NCBI GenBank assembly: GCA_008632985.1
Contig: QPGO01000054.1
Location: forward strand, 1 to 64,000
Source of the DNA: Psammoneis japonica
Lineage: Eukaryota
Reading direction: 5' to 3'
DNA: 64,000 nucleotides
Shown: positions 12,903 through 23,838 of the stretch, piece by piece
Position numbering within the stretch: position 1 is the stretch's first letter
Layout: each line of letters opens with the position of its first letter
The notes under the pieces: generated by a model
Database searches by the model: none
Seen by the model: only the letters and a program-made list of their open reading frames with translations
Told to the model about the DNA's origin: nothing
Translations under genes and position numbers: made by a program

Positions 12903-14726
12903 GACGATATCGGAGCGCTAGATTTTGTCCGAGATTGTGAATCGCATCATTCTAGCATATACGAACATATCAATCGCGAGAGCTCTACAACAGAATCGCC
13001 AAAGCTAGCAAATTCTCCATCAAATGATGAAGAATATGATTTCAGCCATTGGAATCCACCACCAAACCATCGGTAGAATCCGGGAGCATCTGTAACTCTG
13101 CCTCGGTTGAACAACGTCATGGGGTCACTTCGATCGTCGTTTCAAATCGGATCGCCCTCCGGTGCCAAGTTTTCACGATACTATACATTGACATGATAGG
13201 TCCAGGAGTTCACGTGCCAGTGATGACACTGCCTGGTTTGCACCCGACAAGGTGATAGACACGGGTACATCGTTGCTTGGAGGCGGCACATTCCGAAACC
13301 ACTGAGTATTACGTGGACGAAAACGCCTTTACTTCAACTTGATCCAAGGCTTGATTGGCTCCCGTGTCTCGATTCTCATAGGGGCGGTCGGCCGTCTGTA
13401 ACCCCAAGGGTACACCATCCATTCCAGCGTCCTTGCCAACCGCGGTCCCACTCGACGTTGTGATTGCGGATCGCTTTTTACTGCTACTGTACGTGCATAT
13501 CCAAGAGCACGAAATCAGGCAGCACGCTCGTCATGAACCGACGTGGCATGGACAATTCTAACATCGCATTTGACAACATCTTTTCCCAATTCCAAAGCCT
13601 TGTCCGTCGTGCTATTCTTTCAAGATTGTGTCAATCAGTCTGTCAAACGACATTTCGGCTCAATCTGCAAAGCCTCGTTCATATCATGGAGCAGCTCGAC
13701 CCAGTCCGGTCGTTCGAAACCATGTTTGGTCTCTTTGAGAACACCAGACACAAGCAAGGCGTCTACTTGCGGAGCGTCCAATAAATTGTCGGTATCCCAT
13801 TTTATCGCCCAATTTGGTTTCCCACAGAGACATGTATCTTGTAAGAGGCCCTCGGCTTTTGTCGTGACATTGTCTTTTGATGATGCTACGTTTGTTCGAA
13901 ACGGTGCGGCACCACTGTAATACATGAATTCGACTGTAACTTGCAGAGGAGCTACTTGACCGTGTGTACAAGAGATGGGATCGTGTACGATTCAAGCGAG
14001 CAGATACCTCGGCGGTCTCGGGGTTAACACCGTGCAAGGTTGAAATGGGCTCTTCTCCAATTCGAAAGCTTGGAGAAAAATTCAGCGAGTTCGATACGGA
14101 CAGTAGCGTCGTGTTGCGGCATCTCGAAATTGTCGACGTTTCGCGGCGGTCTTTGCAGGTTTGGTTTTCTTGATATTCCTGCAGCTTTGTGAGTTCTCTT
14201 CTTGAAGGAGTATGATTATGAAAAGCCGTACGACTTTCTGTTTGTTCTTTCTCTTCTTTAAGTCTCTACCAAGTCAACAAGGTAAACATGCCGTGTGATG
14301 AACTCCGCCGCAAATGCCAATCAGGATTCGCTACAAAGAGCATACTCTCTAGTACGTGCCTCACAACAGCCATGATTTTCCGTTTGAATCAAGAGGACGC
14401 GGAAAGGACTTTAAATTTTGAATTCATTTTTCGCCGAATAGATTTTGTTCAAAAGATTCCCGGTCAAGTTGCTACTCCTACGTTGTCTTTGTTCCGATTA
14501 ATCAATGACGAGAAGGACGTAGAAAAATGACAAATACAGCCGTAAACGTCGGTGCCGCAAGGATTGACATGATTGCAAGCGCTATTGACTGTTGTTGGAC
14601 GGTGAATAGGGGCGTGATCACTTGATTTTTTGTTGTTTTGTTTATTTCAATGCATGCCATGCTTGGATATGTAGAGATTGCAATCGCTATTCGAATGGTC
14701 AAGTGTAATGTACTGTACGTCCATCT

Positions 14727-15973
14727 TCATCTTGCAACGTACCGTACCATGTTGGGTCCAGCACCAACCATGGCATGTCCTCCAGGCGGTACGACTATCT
14801 CAAGCTGATTGGCTTTCAATGTCTTTGAAAAGTACCCCAACACACAGTAAGCAGTGTCGGGCGGTTCAAATCCATCAAAGGCCGTACCCAACCCCAATCC
14901 ACCGCCAAAACCGCCACATCCCAAGTTTGGAAACACAAGCCAGTCGTCACAATTGAGTGGAGGAAGCATGACTTGTCGGCAAACCCTGTCAAGGCCGTCG
15001 TCATTATCACTACTAGTCGTTGTCGTCTTGAGTGGCATGGGGCTAAACTCGTGTCCAGGTAATCCAGTGGTTTGTAGCGATCCGTAGCAACCGTCATCAA
15101 TGTAGTAGTGCATGGTGCATGGTGTATCCAGTGTTGCAGTCCTGGCTCGTCTCGTTGTTGTCGGTACCACAAAAACACTCCTACTCTTGGAACCGAAGAT
15201 TCGAGTACACAAGGCACCCGCATGAGCCACCAACAAGTGACTCGCATCAATCGTGAGGGAAATACGAGGTAGTTCCAAAAGCTTGTGGAAGAATTCTTGT
15301 ACTGACCGAGTCAAGGCATTGCCCCCACTGGGCGACAAACCAGTCACATCGATACGAAACTCTAGTTGTTGTTTGTCCGCATCATCACTGCAGATTGGTA
15401 GTAGAGCCGATATCAATCCATTCAAGTCGTCCTTGTAGCATTCCAAATGTAGACTAAGCCCGTGCAATGTCGCATGGAGAGTGTGAGCAGCCGTTCGGAT
15501 CGATTGAATCAAGTCCTCCCATTGTCGCTCGTCTCGTGGCAGCCGCAAAACGTATCCGCGTCCACCACAATCACTCCGTGTCGTTGTTGTCGTTGTAGTG
15601 TAGCCAGTGTTATGTGTGTTCAGTAGTGTATTGTGGATTCGTTTGACTTCCTCGGGTCCATCGACTGCAAAGCTATTTGTGAATTTTGCAATCCGTTTCA
15701 AATATCCATCCGGTTTTCTCGTGGCACCCATGTTGTCCACCACCAATCCATCGAGGCCTTGGGGACGAAATGGCGATGGAGACTGTGGAAGACGCGAGAG
15801 TCTGTAGTAGGCGTATGATTCTGCTTCTGTTGTTGTTCCTGACGCCAAGTGGCCCAGCTTTGAGTAATATTTTCTTTTGCAGCTACACGACGAGTGGGTG
15901 AGGTCGATAAAGAATTGTCGGTAGGTCCTGCTCTTGTCGAGACGACGGCGCTGCTGGCTTTTGGCGACGCCAT
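14727..15973 (-). CDS. Ornithine decarboxylase-like / antizyme-inhibitor-like protein; 5' frame disjunction, possibly a pseudogene
   Basis: HLLVAHAGALCTRI, HYYIDDGCYGSL, DGLDRVC, DWLVFPNLG and TAFDGF resemble the ODC C-terminal domain. The GPTC motif and a YAVK-type PLP lysine are not seen. The ATG at 15973 is one nt out of frame with the main ORF. Confidence 0.65.
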
Positions 15974-18134
15974 GGTTTTATGTTCAATGTTGCGCGTGTG
16001 TGTGAGTGGCGTGCGGTATGTGGCGTGTCGGAGGGCGAGGAACAGACGGGCACGTACAAACAGTCCATCCATCCATCCTGAGCGAGAAGATTTGGTGCGG
16101 ACAACACATCATGTTGTAGACCTCTCTCTACTAGCTAGCTAGAGAGTAGTAGAGTAGATGATTCTACGGTGGCTGTCGCTCATTGCAAAAATAGAGAGTC
16201 CGGCTCAAGCTCTCTCGAACGAATGATCAAAACTGGCGAAGCCAATTTTCCGTCAAATGTGACAAACAATGGCAATGCAAGTGGCTGAGGCAGAGCTGCT
16301 TGATCGGATGTTTGTCCAACTATTTCAGTGGTGGCAGGCACAACAACGTTGGCCGAAGTCAGGAGAGCAAGAATGATGATCCCACAAGACACTCACTCCA
16401 TTTTGGAGTTTGGGTGTGTTTTTGGTGTTTTGGCAATGGCCGAAAGGGTGCGCTGGATGCCGCCGCGACTCCTCTCTCTCTCTCTCTCTCTCAACACACT
16501 GTTGTGTCGACACTGACCACCAATGGCAACAACAACAAGAAGAAAAGCATGACACGATCGTCTTGGGGGGGGGGGGATCGATTTCGAAAACAATTGCACT
16601 GCACAGAGTGACCAGGAATGTCAAAAGCAGACCTGCTTTAATGGGATTGATTCGCTCGATTACAAGACCCACAATCACATCAATGAGCATAAAACGCAAA
16701 GCCTCTCACGTGACTGCAGCAACACGAAGTGGGCGGTCCTTCAAAAATTTTCTCTGTCAAAGAGGCATTCCCCCCTTTGCCTGCAGCAAAGGCGCCGCAT
16801 TACGTCCAAGTGGGCGCACCACAGTTCTCGGCCCGTTCATTTTCTACGTGGCCTGGCACAACCGAAATCTGTGTAGATTCAGTGCATTTTGCCCTGTGGA
16901 ACGACTTTTGGGACTGTTTTCTGGCTCGCGGCTCAAAACAACATGCAAAATAACACGGACAATGGCGTTTCGCCGATTTCAAAAATGCGGTTGTTTCTGA
17001 GGCACTTTGTGGTGTGCTCTCAACGGAACATCTTACGTCACAGCACAAGGCATGTGATGAGCTCGAGAGCACACAGGTTCACATGGGCAGCTGATGGTGA
17101 AAATTCTCACTGAAGGTTCGCGTTGACAGCATCGCTTCTGTTGCATCACGACCGACCTCATGTGTCACCATTCGTGCTGTGTGTTTCGTTGAGGCTTTGC
17201 ACATTGATGCCCGTTTGACTTGCATGTGTTGTCTCTTTCTACATTGTTCTTTTGTTCTGCAGTGTCTCTGTGTCGCAAGGCATCCCAGAAACACTTTTCC
17301 TTGTCAAGAATGTCAACTCTGCAATGCAATGGCCACGGCAATTCCAAAACGAGGCAAAGTCACAGACACAGCATCAGGCCGACTTCATGGTGAATGTGGT
17401 GACTTGGGGCTGTGGTGTCAAAAGCTGGACAAGCTCTCAAGAGCTCAGATCCGTCACAGTGCATTTTTGACAATGGTTCTCCCCGCCTCCACTTGGTGAT
17501 GCGGAGTTTGATTCGGCAGACCAGTGCATCATGGCTGTTCTGAAGGTTCAGATTGCTTCTTTTGGCTGCAAGGCAGTTTACAAGCTAGAAATGTGTGGCT
17601 CACTTGCCCAATTTGTTGGCCAATGCAACAAACTTAGAGGGTGACAGCCGGGACAGATGATCATTTTGTCAAGTCTAAAAAGCAGCTAAAGATTGCACGC
17701 CAACAAGAAGAACCAGCTTTAAAATTTATCATGGGGGCATGGACTTTATTTTGTTGGTGTTTCATGGCATCTCCATTGTTGTTCTAGAGTGAACATCAAC
17801 TGGTGTTGTCACCGCCAACGTGCGAGTTCACCTTGACAATCGGTTGCACTGCATTCTGAGATTTTGGACCAAAAACAACTTTTGTTTGCATTGCTCTGTC
17901 ATGAGAGAAAGCTCATTGGCTTCCCCTGGCCCTTTTGGAGCAATGGGTGAGTGAAAGAGGAGCTGCAGAAAGATGCAGACGATGCCATTTTGATGTGTTG
18001 TTGTCAGGTGGTGTCATCGTGAGGTCGCATGATGGAGTGCCATGCTTTCTGTTTTGTGCTGCGTCTGTGCAGGAATGCACGTGATTGGCTCTCTGGTGGT
18101 TTCTACGTAAAAAGTGCACCAGGCGATCTCTGGA

Positions 18135-18576
18135 ACCAGCGATGCGTGTGTCTCTCAAGGATCCATTGAGTGGCTCTGCAGCGGCACTCACCTCGTCCAA
18201 AGACACTGACATGCGAACAACCTTGGGTGCCGATTCGTGTTCCGCCAAACTTGTCTTCGAAAGCCGGGCTGGTGAATCAGTCAAGCTTGCTCTCAAAGCT
18301 TCACTTCCGTTGCTTGAGGTTGTGTCGGGAGGGCTTTGAGAAGCAGCAGCAGATTGCAGTGGCGCACTTGCTGGTGCAATCGGTGAGAGTGAGGTGCTGT
18401 GACTGTCCACACCAATGGAGTCCTTCATTCCCTCTGTCTCTTTGGGCAAATGTTTTGCAACCCAAGTCAAAGTCACTGGAGTCCTTGGCAGTGCACTGCC
18501 AATGTTTCCTTTGCTGTGTTGAGTCGCAGACTTGTTTGGGGTTGTCTCCAGGCAAGAAAATTGAAGAGACAGACTT
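18135..18576 (-). pseudogene. 442-bp hypermutated duplicate of part of the Ska3-like gene (source 31003-31444)
   Basis: Ungapped alignment at a constant offset of 12,868 bp; same peptide KHLPKETEGMKDSIGVDSHSTSLSPIAP...NGSLRDTRI. Confidence 0.97.
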
Positions 18577-18602
18577 TGTCAACTTTGGCAAGTTTGGTGA
18601 GC

Positions 18603-19159
18603 GGGTCTGCGGGAAATCGCAATTTTTGCCACCTGCTTGTCAAAATTGATGGAATCGCGCCTGCCAGTGCAAAATCTGTCTGACAAGACAAATTTGTTGC
18701 CAACATCACCTCGCAGAAAAGACATTTTCCAGACACAACTTTTGATGCAAAAAACTGTGTGAGACAAAGAAAACTGTGTAAAGACCCGGATGTGTGCAAT
18801 TGAAAATGTCCAAAAATTTGTGTTGTGTGGGAATGTGCCAGGCTTCTACACACAAAGAACCCGCATGTGCATTTTTCAAAATGTGTGACACAACTTTCAA
18901 AATGCACATCCGGGTTGCACTTTTTTGTGTGGATTTTGTGCTGGAAGTCTTGCAGGAATTCTAAAAACACCAGGATGTGCATTTTCGAAACTGTGGCACA
19001 ACTTTGATTTGTGTCAAAAGTTGTGTCAAAGTTGTGTCAAAAATGTGCAAGCTCGTCATGCAGAAAAAGCACGTGTGGCTGCGCTGTTGGCATTGCAAAT
19101 GGTCAAAGCTCACAGAGATTCTCTGTTTTTTGCTTAAAAACACGATTTCCTGCAGACCC
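18603..19159. mobile_element. MITE / non-autonomous DNA transposon inserted in the 9-bp satellite
   Basis: Terminal inverted repeats GGGTCTGCGGGAAATCGCAATTTTT and (reverse complement) GGGTCTGCAGGAAATCGTGTTTTT. Internal CCCGGATGTGCATTTT-like subrepeats. Satellite units lie on both sides. Confidence 0.75.
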
Positions 19160-20447
19160 AGTTTGTCAACTTTGGCAACTTTGGCAACTTTGGCAAGTTT
19201 GTCAACTTTGGTGACTTTGGCAAGTTTGGTGAGTTTGGCAACTTTGGCAAGTTTGTCAACTTTGGTGACTTTGGCAAGTTTGGCAGTTTGACAACTTTGG
19301 CGAGTTTGTCAACTTTGGCAACTTTTGCAAGTTTGGTGACTTTGACAAGTTTGTCAACTTTGGCAAGTTTGGCAAGTTTGGTGACTTGGGCAAGTTTGGC
19401 AACTTTGGTGACTTTGGCAAGTTTGGTGACTTTGGCAAGATTGGCATTGGCAAGTTTGGCGAGTTTGGCAACTTTGGCAAGTTTGGTGACTTTGGCGAGT
19501 TTGGCAACTTTGGCAAGTTTGGCGACTTTGACGAGTTTGGCAACTTTGGCAAGTTTGTCAACTTTGGCAACTTTGGCGAGTTTGGCAACTTTGGCAAGTT
19601 TGGTGACTTTGGCAACTTTGGCGAGTTTGGCAACTTTGGCAACTTTGGCAACTTTGGCAACTTTGTGGCGAGTTTGGCAACTTTGGCGACTTTGGCGAGT
19701 TTGGCAACTTTGGCAACTTTGGCGAGTTTGTCAACTTTGGCAAGTTTGGTGACTTTGGTGACTTTGGCAACTTTGGCAAGTTTGGCAACTTTGGCAAGTT
19801 TGGTGGCAACTTTTGCAAGTTTGGTGACTTTGGCAAGTTTGTCAACTTTGGCAACTTTGGTGAGTTTGGCGACTTTGGTGACTTTGGCAACTTTGGCAAG
19901 TTTGGTGACTTGGGCAAGTTTGGCAACTTTGGCAACTTTGGTGACTTTGGCAAGTTTGGCGACTTTGGCAAGTTTGGAAACTTTGGCGAGTTTGGCAACT
20001 TTGGCAAGTTTGGTGACTTTGGCGAGTTTGGCAACTTTGGCAAGTTTGGTGACTTTGGCAACTTTGGCAGCTTTGGCAACTTTGGTGACTTTGTCAAGTT
20101 GGGCAACTTTGGTGACTTTGGCGAATTTGGCAACTTTGTCAAGTTTGTCAACTTTGGCAACTTTGGTGAGTTTTGTGAGTTTGTCAACTTTGGCAAGTTT
20201 GGCAAGTTTGCCAACTTTGTCAACTGTGTTGAGTGTGTCAACTTTGTCAACTTTGGTGAGTTTTGTGAGTTTGTCAACTTTGGCGAGTTTGGCAAGTTTG
20301 CCATTTTTTGTCAACTTTGGCAAGTTTGGCGAGTTTGTCTGCTTTGGTGAGTTTGGCAACTTTGGCAAGTTTTCCAACTTTGGCAACTTTGGTGACTTTG
20401 GTGAGTTTGACAACTTTGGTGACTCATTTTGCAAGTTTGGCAAGTTG
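19160..20447. repeat. 9-bp tandem satellite array (units GGCAACTTT, GGTGACTTT, GGCAAGTTT, GGCGAGTTT, GTCAACTTT); a few units also at 18577-18602
   Basis: Directly visible 9-nt periodicity over ~1.3 kb. Confidence 0.97.
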
Positions 20448-20479
20448 AGCAAGGCATGCACAGCCAGCTGCAGTTGATG

Positions 20480-22000
20480 CCAATGAACTGGAAGATCTTC
20501 TGCAGCATTTCCGGGTCATCAACATCATGCATGAGCTGTCCCAAGTGCAGTGGGGTCTGCACAGGGACCAGTGATGACTTGGAGAATGGTTGACAGCACA
20601 CCAGCCATGCAGCAGCTCTTGTCAGAAAGGGTGCTTCTGACAAAGAAGCAGCTGAGAGACATGGACAGAATGAGGCAGGAGGTTGGGATTGGTCGGACGA
20701 GACATGTCATCCGCTGGCCCATTCTTTTCACCAGCCAAATTGCCACTTGGGAATTGATGCCGACACCCCTCAAAGGCAAAGCACAGACCAAATGCACAAA
20801 TGCCATTGTCATTGAGGAGAGCTGGCAGTGCCCAGATTGCATCAACCAGAGCTGACCACATTGTCAACTCGGTTGAGGTGGATCAAATTTTTGGGGGCAC
20901 CATGGGGAAAGAGGGAGGCCACCAGTTCCAGATCCATGCATGTGCTGACAGATTTCATGAAAGTGACTGTGCCTGCAAGCAGGAGGAGGGCAACAACAAA
21001 ACTGAGAGCATTGTCAGAAACCTGTCCTTGGGGCCATGAGAACAAGGTCAAACCTCAGCTTGCCATGGGGCTCCACATCACAAGGAACCAAAGTTGAAAT
21101 TCCCGGCAGCAACTGCCACCACCTGGTTTTCTTGCATCACCAATTCCTTGGCAGTGCAGATCACATGGGACAATGGCCTCAATCTTTTGTCACAAAAGAG
21201 TGTGGAGTGCTTTTGGCACAGCCCAAAAGACAGAAAATGGACGAGCAAAATTCAGGAAACACCGCCGTCTTGAGATGCAGATGATGTGCGAACTGTGCCT
21301 TTCCCCTGGCAATGATGTTTGGGAGATGATGAACCAACTTGTGTGGGAGTTGGCCACAAACCTGCTGCTCATGCCCTTGCCATGGCAGGGTCTGCTTGGC
21401 AACATGGCACCGAACCATCAAATTGCAACAAAGAGCATGCTGAAAAACAAAAAACCAACACCGAAGTGTGTGATCATGCCAAAAGCATGATGCTCCAAAA
21501 TGCCATTCAAGGTTGCCACCTCCAAGAGGAGGCACTCAATCTTGGGCTTCCAATCGTAAAGAACAAAGATGATCTTGTCAAGCTTGTGATCCACAATCCC
21601 AACAGTCAAAGAGCGGGTGTTGCGTGAGCACCCAAGAAGCTTGCAAAGGAAAGACAGGATGAGGTCAAGCTTTTTCAAGCTCAAGGCATTCAGGACTTCA
21701 TCCTGTGGAAAGCTGTGCAACACATGAATGGCAAAGGCACTTGCAGACATGGTGTGTGCCAAGAATTGTGCAACATCAGCTTGCAAGTTGTTGTCCACCT
21801 GATGCTTGTGAATTGGCAAAATCCACAGTCCATCCTGGAGAATTCCAGGGTTCAAGGAATCTGGGAGCACACAAGAAAATGCCTGTGCCCACCTTGGATG
21901 GAGTCAGTTGTGATGGAAACTCAATCCTTGGAAGGAATGGGTGCATGATCTTGACAACATTTGAGACACAAAATGCATGCTGCACAAGCTGCTGATGGCA
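20480..22000 (-). mobile_element. Decayed Ty3/Gypsy-like pol (RT and RNase H remnants); the element probably extends further upstream toward ~24 kb
   Basis: GIVDHKLDKIIFVLYDWKPKIECLL (CVDYRKLN..P.IE.LL-like), SDNALSFVV...DLELVA and LAGEKNGPADDMSR (N..AD.LSR-like), in RT-RNaseH order. Confidence 0.55.
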
Positions 22001-23102
22001 TTGCGACCATCCATCATTCCAATTGTGCAGGTCAGGGGTGTCCCCAAAACTGCAACCAAGTTGAGCCACAGCTGTGCTGGACCAACGCATGCATCCCAGC
22101 CAGGTTTGGGTTGCATTTCATCATGCGGCAAGCTCCAGTGGTGTCATTGTCAATTGGGTGGATCTCCTGAGATGGACAATTGATCCGTGCATTCCAGATC
22201 CAATGCACAACATCAAGCTCCTCCACAGCTTTGGAGCACTCTGGCTTGTGTTCCAGTGACAAAAAGTTGTTGAAGGCCATGGACAAAGGCTTGGGTTGGA
22301 ACGAGCTGTCCAAAACTGGTCAAGGCTGCTTGAACAATTTGTCAATGTCAACCAAGCTCTGAGGTGACAGATGACAGTTCAAAACACATGGTGTCAATTG
22401 TTGGTCAAAAATGAGAACCAAACTCTGCTTGGAGTCCTTGACAAGAGCCTTGCAAGTTTTCTCTGGATCAACACAAATGGGCAGTTTGTTCCTGCAGTTA
22501 AAACAGTCTTGAAAATTTTCTTCTGTGTTTTGCCCATTGCAGCAGGCTGGAACGCCATCTTGGCAGATGCAAGCAATGATCTTGACAGCAACAGGATCAA
22601 CTTTGCCATCAAGATGATGTGACACAATGCGCTCAATGTTCCGATGTGCTCAAGCATGTGGGCCACCAACCCATCGCACCAATGAAGCCATGTCTCTGTC
22701 AAAATGGAGCAATCCTGCCAAGGTCTGACAAACACGTGTCTTGTTGAGGTCTGACTCTTGCTCCCATCCCAAAGGGTGCCCTTGGAGAGAATTAAAGTCA
22801 TCGGGTGTCACACAACATGGATCCTCCCAATTGTTGACCACACACTGCCAGAGTCAAAGGATGGCATCTCTTGGGGAACAGAGTGCAGGAAACCCAACTT
22901 CCAAAGGGGCAACAAGACATGGTAAAAAAAACAGCTTCAGACATGAAGTTTCTGACAAGCATTGTCCTTGCCAAAAGGTTGGTCCGATTGGGACTGAACA
23001 CGAAGTGACAACTGAGTCCTGATGAACTCTTCACACTCAGCTTTCTTGAATGAGTTGCCAATTGTCAGGATGAGCTGAGAGGAAGAGCCTCCAGTCACCA
23101 CA

Positions 23103-23838
23103 GGGGAAAGGACCGGGCAGAACTCCTCAATCTCTTCAGAGGCAACTGGCGGGATGTCAGGCACATTTTTGGCACACCAAACCAAGTGATGCAGACTTGG
23201 AAAATTCTGCACCCTGGGGCAAGGGGGGCACACCTTCATCCACAGGGACACCAATGTGGCCTGGGGACAAAGTGCTGCCAATGGTGAACAGCCAGTGGAT
23301 GTTTCCAAATGAAACAAATGCGCCAGTTTCATCTGAGACAAAACCAACAAGAAGACACACCAGCAGGACCTTTCCCAGGTGCAAAAGAAAGATTTTCCAT
23401 CTTCTCCTCAAAGTTAACCAACTCGGCACACTTTGCTTCAGGGAGAGCACAAAGATGGTGACATGCGGCTTCTTGGGGAAAGGACCGGGCAGAACTCCTC
23501 AATCTCTTCAGAGGCAACTGGCAGGATGTCAGGCACATTTTTGGCACACCAAACCAAGTGATGCAGACTTGGAAAATTCTGCACCCTGGGGGCACACCTT
23601 CATCCACAGGGACACCAATGTGGCCTGGGGACAAAGTGCTGCCAATGGTGAACAGCCAGTGGATGTTTCCAAATGAACAAATGCGCCAGTTTCATCTGAG
23701 ACAAAACCAACAAGAAGACACACCAGCAGGACCTTTCCCAGGTGCAAAAGAAAGATTTTCCATCTTCTCCTCAAAGTCAACCAACTCGGCACACACTTTG
23801 CTTCAGGGAGAGCACAAAGATGGTGACACACGGCTTCT
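23103..23838. repeat. ~370-bp tandem duplication
   Basis: GGGGAAAGGACCGGGCAGAACTCC... starts at 23103 and 23475; the copies are nearly identical. Confidence 0.95.

Noticed and set aside
12600..14300. Protein-coding gene in the unmutated island
   Set aside because: Short ORFs in several frames, with no recognisable domain or consistent splice model.
19160..20447. CRISPR array or telomeric repeat
   Set aside because: There are no unique spacers or cas genes and the context is eukaryotic. The unit is not TTAGGG-like and the array is interstitial.
19256..20477. Long KLAKVAK / FGNFGK / LPKLPN repeat ORFs as real proteins
   Set aside because: They are translations of a 9-bp satellite lacking TA, so several frames stay open; frames shift within the array.
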